This document shows positions 38,067 through 51,270 of a DNA stretch of 64,000 nucleotides, one piece after another; positions within the stretch are counted from its first letter, which is position 1, and every line of letters starts with the position of its first letter. Location of the stretch: contig OZ218960.1 in NCBI GenBank assembly GCA_965112735.1, forward strand, positions 1,798,001 to 1,862,000, read 5' to 3'. Made by a program: the position numbers and the translations under genes. The notes below the pieces were generated by a model. That model was not told where the DNA came from, searched no databases, and worked only from the letters and a program-made list of their open reading frames with translations. The stretch is from Phaeosaccion multiseriatum (lineage: Eukaryota; Protista; Ochrophyta, other classes).

Positions 38067-39261
38067 GAACGCAAACTCACTCACTCACCTTTGCTCCAAG
38101 GGTTCTTGGAGCACATTTCAATGGAGACATCGTCCACCTCGATGGTGTCAACCCAAATGGCTTCGTTGGCCCTGGCGGCCGCAATGGCCGTGTAGCCCAA
38201 GCCTGTGCACGTGTCAAGCACCTTGCCATTCCGCCTCTTAAGGCCTGCAGCCTGGATCTTGTTTTGCGTGTCCTTCGACGGGTTCATTCCGTTGGCTATG
38301 CTGTTCAAGGCAGAGGAGAGAGGGCAGACGGCGAGCAGCGAGCAGGCAAGTCAGCAATAAGAAGACGCGCACGAGTGACATACTTGTGTGTATATCACCC
38401 CCTGACCTCGACCTTGACCTTGACCTTGAGGACTCTACTTAGATACACACCCATCTTCTCTCTCTCTCTCTCTCTCTCTCTCCCTCTCTCTCTCTTAGCA
38501 GGACTCACTCACCGATGCATACCGAAGCCACCCAGCACCATGGTCGGAGGGCCCGGCTTGTCCAAGGAGGCGACGAGAGCGGCCGGCATGTTAGTGTTGG
38601 CACTAAGGCTGCCGATCTTTGACGGGCCAGTGCCCGGTGGTCCTATGGCAAAGCACCCAAAGTGGCCCTTCTTGGCCTTCTTGACGATAGCTTCTAGGTC
38701 CTCCCACAGAGCGACAGGCTCGTGCTGCTTATGATCTAGTGAAGGAACAGAGACGGCCACTCCCTCCTCCAGTACCATCATGTCTGTGATGCTCATCCCA
38801 AGGTCGATGGAGCACCCGGCCTGGCTTCCGGGTGGTCGACCTCGTAAGCTTAGAAGATTTCCAGCCTCCCAGTGGCTGATGACGCCCACCACTCCATCAT
38901 CTTGCTGCTGCTGTGCACCGCTGCCCTCCCACCTCTCCTCCTCCTCTTCCTCCTCCACCTCCTCCTTCTTCTCCTCCTCCTCAGCCCCTGGCTCCTCAAA
39001 CATTCCATACGCTATCATCTCCTCCTTCGTGAGATGGAGAGGAGTTCTTCGGCGGGCTCTACTGCATGTCGCTGAGGCAAACTCCCTCCCCCACCTTTGC
39101 CGCTTCCTCGTCCCTGCTGCTCCTCCACCACACCCCTGAGGCGCCACAAACCCAATGCTCCTGCTCAAAGAGGAGCCGCTACTTGCGCGTCCGTGGCAAC
39201 CCGGAACCTGCTGGAGTAGTAGCAGTAGCAGCGGCGCAGCACCTAAGTAGCGCGCAGTCAT
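37380..39261 (-). CDS. Class I SAM-dependent methyltransferase of the 'predicted archaeal methyltransferase' (COG2521) type, with a likely bipartite plastid leader
   Basis: Exons 39261-38513, 38300-38089, 37753-37380. Motifs PPTMVLGGFGMHR, VLDTCTGLGYTAI, NPWSKELF, IVHDPP, LYGQQFYNDLYRVLKRGGTLFHYIGN, RLRRAGF. Hydrophobic N-terminus followed by GFVAP. Confidence 0.88.
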
Positions 39262-39430
39262 TGTGGAACGGGAAAGAAGAGGAAATGAGAAAAGAAGAGC
39301 GGCCAGAGTTGAATTATTGACTTAATGGAGCGAAGAGGAATGTGTGGTGATCCGGTGGTGGATCACAGATCCGCAACAGACGTGGCGGGAAGCAAAAGCA
39401 TTGAGGTAAATGCGGCAAAAGAAAAGACCG
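39262..39430. promoter_or_regulatory. Probable bidirectional promoter between the methyltransferase and signal peptidase genes
   Basis: Only 169 bp separate the divergent ATGs; inferred from geometry, no motif identified. Confidence 0.5.
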
Positions 39431-41897
39431 ATGAAGCTCCTGCTCCTGGTGTCGTCAGCCTGCACATTAGGAGTAGCAGAGAGAAGGGGAAGATTCCTTT
39501 CACCACCGCAGCCTCCAGGAGCGACGGGACATTCGATCGCCTTCATCAGCGGCAGTTCTCTTCGCCCTTCTCACACCGTGGACTCCTCACGACGAAAGCG
39601 CAAGCTTCACTTTCGTAAGCGGCCTGAGGAGGAAGCTTATGCAAGAGCTGAGCGGGATAAGAAGGAGGGGGTAATTCGAATAAGTTCTGGGGAAGAGAAG
39701 GACGAGGAGGGGGAGTCAGCCTTGCGTTTCCCTTCTTCTCTCGGGGACGGGCGGCGCTCACTCCTCCGGTGGTTGCGAGGCATCACAAACCCGAGGAACC
39801 TCCGGGGAACGCTGACCAAGGGAGACGTCGTGGTCCCAGTCATAGGTCCAAGGGATGGATGGGTAAGAGCCGGTCACTCTCCGTCTTTTTGCGAACGCAG
39901 AGAGCTCCCTCATCTCAACCTCCCCCCCCTCCTCTCCTCACGATGCAGTCGGACGTCAGGCAAAACATGTTCACACAAGGCGCGTACCCAGGAGTGGAGT
40001 ACCGAGTCTTGGACATTATCCTCTCGTCGAAAGGCAAGGGGGAGAAGGTGTTGCAGAGCGTACAGGACGCGCCGGAGGGGGCCTTGGCAAAAGGTGAGTT
40101 ATAAAAAATAACTGAAACCTTCCCCTTGATTTGTTTTACTTCTCTTCGTAAATGATTAAGGACTTTCCTGCCTACCCCCTCTTTCCTCTTCCCCCCCCCT
40201 CCTGCGTCTGCTGCTCTACTCACAGGCGAAGTGCTGCTGAGTATCCAACCCGTCTACCCCCTCATATCTCGACTGGAACGCGAATGGCCGGTCAGAATTG
40301 TGGCGCGAGATGTGCCTTTCTTCCTATCACCCTTCTCCTACAACGCCGCCACTGTGTATGCTGCTGTCAGCTTCAGCGCAACCCTGGGGCTTCTGGGGGC
40401 CGCGCTGAGCCAAGCCATCACCTTCTCGTACATTCCTAGGTATGGAGGGGAGGGACGGAGGGAGGGAGGGAAGGAGAGAAGGAAGTCACGCACCTGTTAC
40501 TGTGGGCTCTTACTGCCATTGTTGCCCTGTGGTACTCACTCGCTCGCTCACTCACTCTGCACTCACTTACTCACTCACTCACTCACTCACTCACTCACTC
40601 ACTCACTCACTCACTCACTCACTCACCCACTCACTCACTCACTCACTCACTCACTCACTCACTCACTCACTCACTCACTCACCCACTCACTCACCCCACT
40701 CACTGACTCACTCACTCACTCACTCACTCACTCACCCACCCACTCACTCACTCACTCACCCCACTCACTCACTCACTCACCCACTCGCTTCCCCGGACCT
40801 TCCATCCCCCATCCCCCCCCCCCCTGCAGCCACTCCATGGAGCCCTCCCTCCTTGTTGGAGATGTGGTTATCGTGGAGAAAGTGAGTAGGTCTCTCGTTT
40901 TGCGCCCAAATGATATCGTGTTCTTCCAGCCCCCGGAGGAGCTCAAGAATGTTGTGGCATCAATCGGCTCGACAACGGGCCCGTCCGCTACTGCCGCTTC
41001 CTCTTCCTCCTCGTCCTCCTTGTCCTCCTCCTCTTCCTCCTCCCCCTCCCCCTCCTCCCCCTCCTCTTCCTCCTCCTCCTCCTCCTCCCCTTCGAGAGGA
41101 CTGGGAGATCGGGATCTTTTCGTGAAGCGTGTGAGGGCCGTCAGTGGATCCGACTACAGCATCGACTCTGGGGGGCACGTCTCCGTGGGAGGCAAGGAGA
41201 TCACAAAACCCGCTGGGGTGGACGACAAGCTTCCAGGAGCCCTCATCACGTACGTTTACATAACATTTTGGTGCCGTCGTTGGTTGTCCTGTGATTCTTG
41301 TCGGCTAATGACTAGTTCGGTTCTGCAGGACCCCCGTTTTGTCATCAGCAGCAGGAGAGAAGACCCCCCCCCCCCCCTCTCAGAAGCCTCTCTTCTCTTC
41401 TGCGCCCCCCCCTCTCCCCTCTCTCTGCTGTACAGACGGATACGGCCCGTAGAGGACGGTACAGTACCGGCCGATAGCGTCCTGGTAAGTACTTTTTAGG
41501 TATCCTGTATTGTAAATCAATCCACCCCCTCTTTGACACCAGGTACGTGCATCCATCGACCCCCTCCCCTCTCTGCTACATCAACCCACCCTCTTTGTGA
41601 CACCACGAATAGCGTCACCCCCCCCCCTTTCTACATGTAGCCCGCATCGCCCCTCTACACCCCCCCTCCTGACCACACACACACACATATTTCTTGGGTT
41701 GATTGTCATCAGTAAAAAAATTTCCTCCTGACCACCCTCTCTGAATCCCGCCCTGCTGCTACGCAAACCAGGTCCTCGGAGATAACCCCCTGGTGAGCGT
41801 TGATTCGCGCGTTTGGGGTCTGCTACCCAAGGGCAACGTTGTTGGCCATCCGCTGCTCCGCGTGTACCCCCTTCAGCGCTTCGGTCCAATCAAATGA
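39431..41897 (+). CDS. Signal peptidase I (S26A; thylakoidal processing peptidase-like) with a long N-terminal extension
   Basis: Spliced motifs YIPS|HSMEPSLLVGDVVIVEK (catalytic Ser), DIVFFQPP, FVKRV (catalytic Lys), VLGDNPLVSVDSRVWGLLP..NVVG..LLRVYP. Signal peptide MKLLLLVSSACTLG. Confidence 0.9.
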
Positions 41898-42273
41898 GAA
41901 ATGACCGACCCGGGGCGAGGCAGGCGGACGAGCGGGCAGGCGGGCGGGCAGGGAGAAAGGGAGGAGGGGACGGGCCGTTGATACTTGATTGAGCGGAGCC
42001 GCTGGGAGGGGGAGACGGACGCCAACCGCTATTGACGACAAGGCACAGTGTGTTGCAAAGAGAAAGAGAGAGAGAGCGCTCTGGATGAAACGTGTATTTT
42101 TACAAAGCAACTTTGACAGCTATTTACATGAATGTACTTCTTTCAAAAAGGTTTGGCTTGAAAGTGAGCGAGGGGGTCCCTGCTGCGCCGCTATTGGCAG
42201 CACACAACATCCCTTCCTCTTATTCACCTTCCCTCTCGGCACTTCACACTCCTTCTTCCTTCATCCGACGGTT

Positions 42274-43875
42274 TCATCCGAAGGTGCTCTCTCCGCTGTA
42301 CGTGACATACAGGAAGCCGTCCTCGTCTGGGAAGTGAGTGCGTTCAGTGAGCGTAAAAACAGAGAGAAGGAGGTAGAGAGAGACAAGAATGAGGGAAAGA
42401 GAGAGACGAAGAGAGAGGGAGAGAAACACGACGGAGATTGAGAGAAGTGTATCCGTCAGGAGGGGGGAGGGGGGGGGCACAAGAAAGAAGGGGGTAACGG
42501 GCGGCTGGGACGGTACAAAAATTGCAGCACCTTCTCATGCAATTCACTTTTTCTCACTCCCCCTCTCTGTCTCACGCTTTGTGCCCATCCTCCGTCCGTC
42601 AATCACTCCCTTCCTCCCTTCCTTCCTCCCTCACTCACCCTTGTGCTCCTCGTAAACCGTACTCAGTAAAGCGTTGGTGGTGGGCACTTGGTTGTTGACG
42701 AAGATGAAGATGGCCCTCTCGCTGGGCAGCTGGATGCGCTTACGAATCACATACATGAACTGAGATGGGAGGAGAGCCGCACAGTCGCAATCAGATACAG
42801 AAATAGACACAAGATAAAGAACTAACACAGGACAGGCAGACGCTGGTCAGCACTGCTTTAGATGAGATCGCAGCAAGCACAGCACCCGACCTGCAATCCA
42901 TGCTCGGAAGTGGAGAGAACGGGGCCGAAAGGGGGAAGAAGTAAAAACCCAGAGAGCCACCACCACCGTCGTCATCACCATCATCACCAGTTGCAGAAGC
43001 AAGCAGCGGTGGCATGTGTGGGGCCTTGGGGGCGAAAAGTAGGACGCACGCACACACCGACACGCACGCACCTGTCCCACGGTGAGGTCCACAGGGACGA
43101 GGTACTTCTTCTTGTCCACGTCGGGTACGTCTGAGCGGTCGTCCGCCTTCTCGCAGATGACCTGCTCGTGCGGTGGAGGAGGGCGGAGGGCAGGGGAGCG
43201 CAAGAGCAGCAGCCAAGACGGGAGGGGGGGTGGGTGGCGAGAGAGGTGGTGAGAGAGATGAGAGCCGCTTTTCCTTCACTTCCAGGGTGCTGTGCGGCAC
43301 GGCGGGGCTTCGTTTCGAGCAGAGCGCACACACGTTCCCTCATGGAGACAGAGAGACAAAGCCCCGTTCGAATACCAAACTCGGGTCCTTTGCTTCCAGC
43401 ATCGCCATCCCGTTTAAAAAACAAACAAACTACATGCCTCCCTCCCCCTGAGATCCCTTCAGTGGGAGTCGACTTGTCGCTGATCGGTAACAGAGACGGT
43501 GTCAAGCTTTCCTATCATCCTGGACAGTGTGAGTCAGGCCCATCGGATTTGAGTTGCTCTGAGTTGAGGCCCCTTCCGAGAAGAAAACCAGTTCGCCATC
43601 CCAGCTCTCTTACTTTCTCTCAGGCATTTCTCATCCCCTTCTCTTCCCCTCACGTTGTCTCACACTCTCTTGTAAGCTCGGAACAGTAACCTTTCTTGAA
43701 AGTTGAAGGTTGAAACTCTGACTATCTTGAGCCGCCCCTCTCTCCACCCCCCCCCTCCTCTCGCCAAACGTACCGGTATGCGATCCGGGTACTTCGCTCG
43801 GATCCTCTCGCTCTCGCTCTTCCTCTTCACCAGAGGGTGCTCGCTCTTGAATGCGCCGCTCTTGGACCGAGCCAT
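42274..43875 (-). CDS. ATG8: Autophagy protein ATG8 (GABARAP family)
   Basis: Four exons: [34 protein letters not shown]|[30 protein letters not shown]|[29 protein letters not shown]|[17 protein letters not shown]. Confidence 0.97.
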
Positions 43876-44150
43876 CGTCACCGCTTTCTTACTTCTCTGG
43901 TGCTGCTCCGCAGGCCTTTGAAGCGGGCCTCTTAGGATAACAGAACAGAACCACACCCCTCACTCTACCACCAAATCAAGCAAGGCCGCAATGCGTCTCT
44001 CCCTCTGTCTTGCGTAAATCAAAAGAACGTTATTGGAAAGAACCAGGAACCTGAAACTCACACTCTCACGACAAGCTGAAACCGGACACTTTTTGCCTTT
44101 TTGGCGGCCCTGGACACACAAAAACTGTAGCTCTTCCCCATCGTGACAAC

Positions 44151-44733
44151 ATGGGGTCTCGCCTGCGCCCCATGACCATAGAGTCTGATGATGAGGTAGA
44201 GATCGAACAGGATTCGGACGAAGAGAAGGACGGCCAGCAGCAGCCACCGCAGAAGGCGAAGCCTCTATTGAAGGGCCGACAACTCGAGGAGGAGAAGGAG
44301 AAGAAGAGGAAGAAGAAGAAGAAGAATGACGAGGAGGACGGCGAAGAAGTCGAGGACGTGGACAGGAGCTTCGTGTTTGACGGCGATGCCGTGAGCCAGC
44401 CGGGCGGGCTGGTGCTGGGAGGAGGCCTAGCAGCAGCCGCAGGTGGCGACAGCGATGGCGGGGACAGTGGGAGCAGGGGATGGGACTTCAAAAGTAAGTC
44501 GACAGGCCTGTGTCTATCCTGTACATGGTTGCAGTGAAAGTGAATGAAGCCTTTTCCTCCGTATCCAAGGACGAAGATCGAAGGTCTGCTCTTGTGTGTC
44601 GATCAGTGTAGAGGCTTACAGCACCAATGCTTGCGCCGCGCTTGCCCCAAATTCCCTGCTGGGACAGCAGAAAGAGCCCCCGCCTATTCTTCCTCCGTGA
44701 TCTTCACCTGCCCTCCTCCCTCCTTGCTCGTTG

Positions 44734-44769
<36 letters not shown>

Positions 44770-46678
44770 GTCTCTTTGGTAGGCGCTATCCAGAAGTTGG
44801 CGGCGCAAGACCCGCGAAGGTCCCAAACGGCACGGGCGATGGACGAGCGAATCGCGGCCAAGCGGACTGAGATGCTCAAGGTGCGCAAGGCGGACAAGAA
44901 AAGGGCCCGAAAGGAGAAGGAAGGGCAGGAGCAGGCTTCGAAGGTCGGCAAGGCAGGCAAGACAGCCAAGAAGGAGGACAAGGAAGAGGAGGACGAGGAG
45001 GACGAGGAGGATAGCGAAGACGAGGATAGTGGCGGTGGAGAGAGTGACGGTGGAGATTCGGACGGCGGTGGTGATGACGCCACCACGAAGAAGAAGAACA
45101 AGAAGAAGAAGAAGAAGAAGAAGAAGAAGAAGAAGGGTGTTGTTTTGACTGGGAAAGTGGCAGCGTTGTCGGACGAGGAGGACGACGACGAAGAGGAGAT
45201 GGAGGAGGGTAGTGATGACGATGAAGATGATGATGATGAGGAGGAGGAGGAGGAGGAGGAAGAAAATGAAAAAGAAGAGAAGGAGGAGGAGGAGGAGGAG
45301 GAGGAGGAGGAGGAGGAGGAGGACAGCGATGAAAGTGATGACAGCAGCGATGATGGAGGAGAGCTCGAAGACGACACCATCCGAGACTTGACTGCGCTGA
45401 CGTTACTCAAGGGCAACAGAGCGAAGAAGGCCCTCGCCACACAGGCGGAGGAGGAGGACGACGCATCGGTACAGGACGATGGAGAGACGAGCAGCGACGA
45501 CGATGGCAGTGATGAGGAGGGTGGCAGTGTTGAGGAGGAGGAAGGGGGAGGAGGAGGAGGAGGAGGAGGAGGAGGAGGAGGAGCAGGAGGAGGAAAGGGC
45601 GAGCGAAAACGCGGCCGCAACAGCAGCAAGAGCGAGACAACAACAACAACAGCGGGTGGGCAGCAGCAGCAACAGCAGCAGGATGAGGCAATGACGGAGG
45701 AGGAGACTATCGAGGCAGCAAAGGCCGCTGCTTTCTTCGAGGAAGGCGCCGCGGAGGGGGACCAGTTGGTGGTACAGCAGCAGCAGTTTCACAGCCTCAA
45801 CCTCAGTAGGCCGCTGCTCAAGGCAGTGGAGGCCATGGGCTTCGTCACGCCCACCCCCATCCAGGTAAGGTATAGCGATTAGTGGTACAGCGAATGGTGC
45901 TACAGCGAGTGGTGTGACAGCGGGTGGTGTGACAGCGAGTGGTTCTACAGCGACTAGTGGGAAAGTGGTTGGTGGTATAGCGAGTGGTGGTACGGTGTTT
46001 AGTGCTACACTATTTAGTGGTGGTACAGCGAGGGGTGGTACGGTGTTTAGTGCTACACAATTTAGTGGTGAAGTGGTTGGTGGTACATGGAGGGGTGGTA
46101 AAGCGCGAGGGGAAGACGAGCAGGCGTGGAGTGCAGGTGATACCGTAGGCCCTGACACTTCCCGTTGTCATCATCATCATCGTCGTCGTCCTGCCCCCAC
46201 CCCTGCTCTTCACCCTTTGCCCCACTTGTGGACCACCCTTCTTGCGGGCCGTACATCGTTGGTTCTCTGTCCTGTACCATCCACTCTTTCTCGCCAGGCT
46301 AAGGCCATCCCCTATGCTCTAGCGGGCAGAGATGTGTGTGCCAGTGCGACAACAGGTAAGGAGCGAGCGAGGGAGGGAGGGGGGGAGGGAAAGAGAGAGA
46401 GATGGAGGGAGGGAGGGAGGGAGGGAGGGAGGGAGCAGAGAGGGAAGGATGGAGGGAGGGAGGAAGGGAATGTTCGGGCATCTTGATGTGGTGTGAGTAG
46501 TCAGTTGCGTTTGTGCGTGCGTGCGTGTCTGTGTATAAATACACTTTGAGTGGTACGGGTTTGACCTGGAATGCGCCAAATCCGTTTGACCTAAAGCACT
46601 CGCACACATGCATCCATCTATCCATCTAAATGCATGTATCCATCCATCTCTCACTCTCTCTATGGCCCTGCAACCAAC

Positions 46679-46720
<42 letters not shown>

Positions 46721-49700
46721 AAGCGGCAAGACCGCCGCCTTTCTCCTGCCCATTCTTGAGCGCCTCTTGTACCGACCCGTGGGAGCCGAAGTCACTCGAG
46801 TCCTCATCGTCACCCCCACCAGAGAGTTGGCAGTACAGATACACAGCATGTGTGGGGCTTTGTCGCAGTACGTGCCGCATGTCACGTGCTGCCTCATCAC
46901 GGGGGGCAACAAAAACATCAAGGTAGGGAAGGTCGGGAGGGAATGGGGATGTGGAGGCGCTAGTTCCTAGAGGGTCAGGCGCTTTCCATCTGTCGACGTC
47001 TATCTGCTCCTACTACCCCTATTCAGTGCACGGGCGTCGTTCACTCCTTCCCACCATTTCCTTTCCTTCCCTTCGCTCTTCCCTCCTCCCCCCTCTTGCT
47101 GGTGCATCTCTTCTCCTCTGCCTGCCTCTGTTATCCGATCCTCATTGCCCATATGACTGCCTTTGTTATCCGATCCTCCCTGCCCATATGACTGCATCAG
47201 CACCAAGAGGTGGAGCTGAGGAACAAGCCTGACATCGTGGTGTGCACGCCAGGAAGGTGGGTCAATGGGTTGGCAGTTTTTAGTTCCAAGTCTGCTAAAA
47301 GGAAAGTAGACCTCACAATAGAAGAAGAAGAATAGAAGAACCGATTCAGTCAGAAGACCGATACCCATATGCCCATGGCCGGGTATGGCCACGTGTAGGC
47401 GGTTCATGCCGGATGGAGCGTAGTCAGATGTGTAGTAAAAGGCTCTTCTTTTCTTCCCTCTTAACCTTGTTTGGCCTCTGCTCTCTCTCTTTTGCCTGTG
47501 CACCTTTGCGACGCCCTTTGCCCCGCCCCCTTTCCCCCTTCCTTTCTGCTTGGCCCCTCCTCAAACACTCACAGGATGGTGGACCATATCACCAACTCTG
47601 CCAGTGTGCACATGCAGGACGTGGAGATTCTCGTAATGGATGAGGCAGACAGGTAGGCGGGAGAAGGCAGAGAGAGAGAGAGAGAGGTGGGAGGAGAGAA
47701 AGAAAAAGGGCACATTCCTGACTTACTGATGTACTACACTTCCGACTTGCGGACTTGCTGACTTACTACACACAGACTCTTGGAGCTGGGTTTCCAGGAC
47801 GAGGTGGAGGAGGTGGTCCGCAGCTGTCCCAAGGGCAAACAAACCATGCTCTTCTCGGCCACTATGAACACGAAGGTATGTCCTGACTCTGACCTTGACT
47901 GTTGCTGCTGCTCCTGCCGCTGGTTCACCACCTGCTCCTGCTCCTCCTTTGTCTTGCTCCCTTGTTCTCTTGCTCTCCTCTCCTCTCCTGTCCTCTCCTC
48001 TCTTCGTAAGGTTGACGATCTCGTGAAACTGTCACTGAACCGCCCCGTTAGAGTCAAGGCTGACCCCGAAAACAAGGTGGCGGCACGGCTTGTGCAGGTA
48101 CGAGGGTAGAAGAGTAGAGGGCAGAGGGCGTAGCTTATGTCACTGAAAGAAAGGAAGTCACAGTTGGCAGGTGGGGTGGTGTGTCTGACTGTCAGTGAGT
48201 ACTGCGACTTTGTGATTGAGGTATCTGCTGCTGCTCTTGCGGTGGGACTCGGCACAGAACGTGTTTCTCCCTTTGTCTTTTGTGCTTCATCGTCAGTATC
48301 TTGTCCTTGTCCTTCTCCTCCACCCTCCTCTTCCTCCTCCTCCTCCTCCTCCTCACACACAAACTTTTAGTTCCTAAGGTGAGACCCTTTTTTTGTTTGA
48401 AGTGCAAAAATTCCCTCCTCCTCCTCCCTCTCCCCCCCCCCCTCCCAACCACAGGAGTTCATCCGCGTCCGCTCCACCCGAGAGACGGATCGAGAGGCCA
48501 TTCTCTTGGCCCTCTTGCAACGCACCTTCACCTCCAAGACCATCGTCTTCTTCGACACCAAGGTGCAGGCACACAGGGCCATGCTTCTACTCGGACTGTC
48601 CGGCTTGAAAGCGGCGGGTGAGTAGTGAGCAAGGAAGGGGAGGGGGGGGGGGGGGGGGTTGAAGACGAGGGAGCGAGTGATTGATGCGGTTAGGGCCGAA
48701 TGGCAAGAAGTTGGCCTTTGCCACGCTTCCTTTGATAAGCAAACACATTAAAAAGAGAAGCCCTGACTGGCGGGCTGCTCCTCCCCCTCCTTGCTTTGCA
48801 GAGATCCAAGGTAACCTGACCATGACCCAGCGCCTGGAGGCCCTTCACCGCTTCAAGACGGGGGAGGTGGACATCCTCGTGGCCACAGACCTTGCCTCGA
48901 GGGGACTTGACGTGACCAACGTACACACGGTGAGGACGTGAGATAAGAGAGAGAGAGAGAGAGAGCGGAGATGGAAGAGAGACAGAGAGAGAGTGGAGTC
49001 TGAACTCGCCCCCCCTCCCCTCTCGCCTCCCCCGTCCCCCCCCTCCCAAGGTTATCAATTTCGAGATGCCTCGTACCCGTGACAGTTACATCCATCGCGT
49101 GGGCCGTACCGCTCGAGCGGGGTGCACGGGAAGGGCGGTTACTCTCGTTGGGGAGCAGCGCAGGGTCATTATGAAGGAGGTATGGAGGGAAACGTTAACG
49201 GGGCGTAACGGATAGGAACGGAGTGCGTATTGAAACGAGTGACCTAACGGATAGGAACGGAGTGCGTGTTGAAACGAGTGACCTGACGGACGGCCGGCTC
49301 GCGTGACCGTGTTTCCTCGATGTTGTGTTTCCTCTCAAGCCTCCCACCCCCCTTAACCCCTCCCCTCCCCCGTTCTTCCCCTCGACCGCTCTCCCTCCGT
49401 CTCTTGCCTTTCTCTGCCTATCCGTCTACTGTGAATGTCTATCTGTCCTTTATGCCTGTGTAACCGTACGCCTCTTGTCTGTCTGCCTGCCCATATGCCT
49501 CTGTCTGTCTGCCTGCCTGCCCACATGCCTACCTGTGTCTACCTACCTGCAGGTGCTCAAGACCAACCCCGGGGGTGCTCTCGCGGAGATTGCGAGTCGC
49601 AAGGTGCCCCAGGGGGTCATCGACTTGTTCCGCAGCAAGGTGGAAGGAATGGAGACAAGGGTGGTGGAGCTGTTGAGGGAGGAGAGGGTGAGTGTGTGTG

Positions 49701-49854
49701 TGCGTGTGCGTGTGTGTGCGTGCGTGCTTATGTATGTCCGTGTATGTCCGTGTGTGTGTGAGGGTAGTGGATTGCTTGCTTGCTTGCGTGCTTTTGCTTG
49801 TGTGACTAATGTAACGTTACTTGAATGTTGATAACAACAACAACAACAACAACC

Positions 49855-49903
<49 letters not shown>

Positions 49904-51239
49904 CCACAACAACCACCACCACCACCACCACCACCACAACAACAACAACAACAACAACAACAGCTAGAGAGAGAGATTCGCTTGGCGGAGATGGAGGCGG
50001 GCAAGACCGCGAATGTGATGCAACACAAGGATGAAATCATGGCTAGGCCTGCGAGGGCGTGGATCATGAGCGAGGGGCAGAAGAAGTCCATTGCAGATGC
50101 CTCTAAAGCCGCGGCCTTGGGGGGCGGCGCGGCGGCGGGGAAGGAGGGAGGGAAGGAGGAGGGGGGGGCGACCGCAGACAGTGGCAAGGTGAGCGCGGGA
50201 CGGGGGTAGGTGGGTGGGTGATTGAGTGGGTGGGTGGGTGAGTGGGTGGGTGGGTGGGATCAGTGAGCGAGTGAGTATTGCGTGCGCGAGTGAGTGAGTG
50301 CGTGAGTGAGAGTGCGACTGAGAGGGAGAGAGGGAGTGATTGAATGAGGGAGTATGTGAGTGAGTGAGTGAGTGAGTGGCCTCTATTGGGCAAGGAGCGA
50401 GGAGCTGCTGACTCATCCGACCTCCCCCCCCCCCCCCACCTCCACCAGGGCAAGGAGAAGAAGGAGCATCGACTAAGTAGGAAGAAGCGGCGGCGGCAAG
50501 AGGCGCTCGACGCAATGAAGGCCGAGGCGGAAGGTGAGTGAGCTGTGCGAGAAGAGGGGAGGGGAAGGGGAAGGGTCTCCTTCTCCTCCTCCTCCTCCTC
50601 CTCCTCCTCCTTCTCCTCCTCCTCCCCCTCCCCCTCCTCCTCTGCTCGCAGAGCTCGGGAGTGCAGACACTGCCCCTGGTCTGTGGGGCCTTCAAATCCC
50701 TGACTCTCTTCACCCTCTGACCCTGACCCCAATCTACGCTACCCAATCAACACTACACAGAGGACGGCGAGGACGCCATGACGGAGGGTGCGTGGAAGAG
50801 ACTCGCCAAGAAGTCGCGCAAAGACGAGCAATCGACGCAGAAGGAGGCGCGCGACAGACCCGTGGGTACGGCGAGGGGTATCAAACGTAGCGTCAATATC
50901 GGGTGAGTTGGGGCCACCTGAGTATGGTAGTCTTTTCCCCTTCTTCTCTCCCTCTTTCTCTCCGACTCTCTCTCTCACTCTCTCTGTGTCTCGCTCTCTC
51001 TCTCCCCTCTCTCTCTCTCCCACCCTCTCTCCACTCTCTCTATCCCACTCTGTCCCACTCTCTCCCCCTCTCCGTCTCTCTCTGTGTGTCTCTTTCTCCC
51101 TTTCTCTCTTCCCCACTCACACACACACTCTTTTCCTCCCCGCTCTCGTCTCTTCTTCTCCATGCACACACGCAGCTCTCTCTTCGACTTCGACCTCGCC
51201 GATGCGAGAAGGTCCAAAACCGCGGAGGGGGGAGCAGGA

Positions 51240-51270
<31 letters not shown>

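Noticed and set aside
49205-49290. Short intronic duplications (also 2390-2465, 47125-47195, and (CTGAAA)n at 19505-19555)
   Set aside because: Two-copy local slippage products with no spacer structure or shared consensus.
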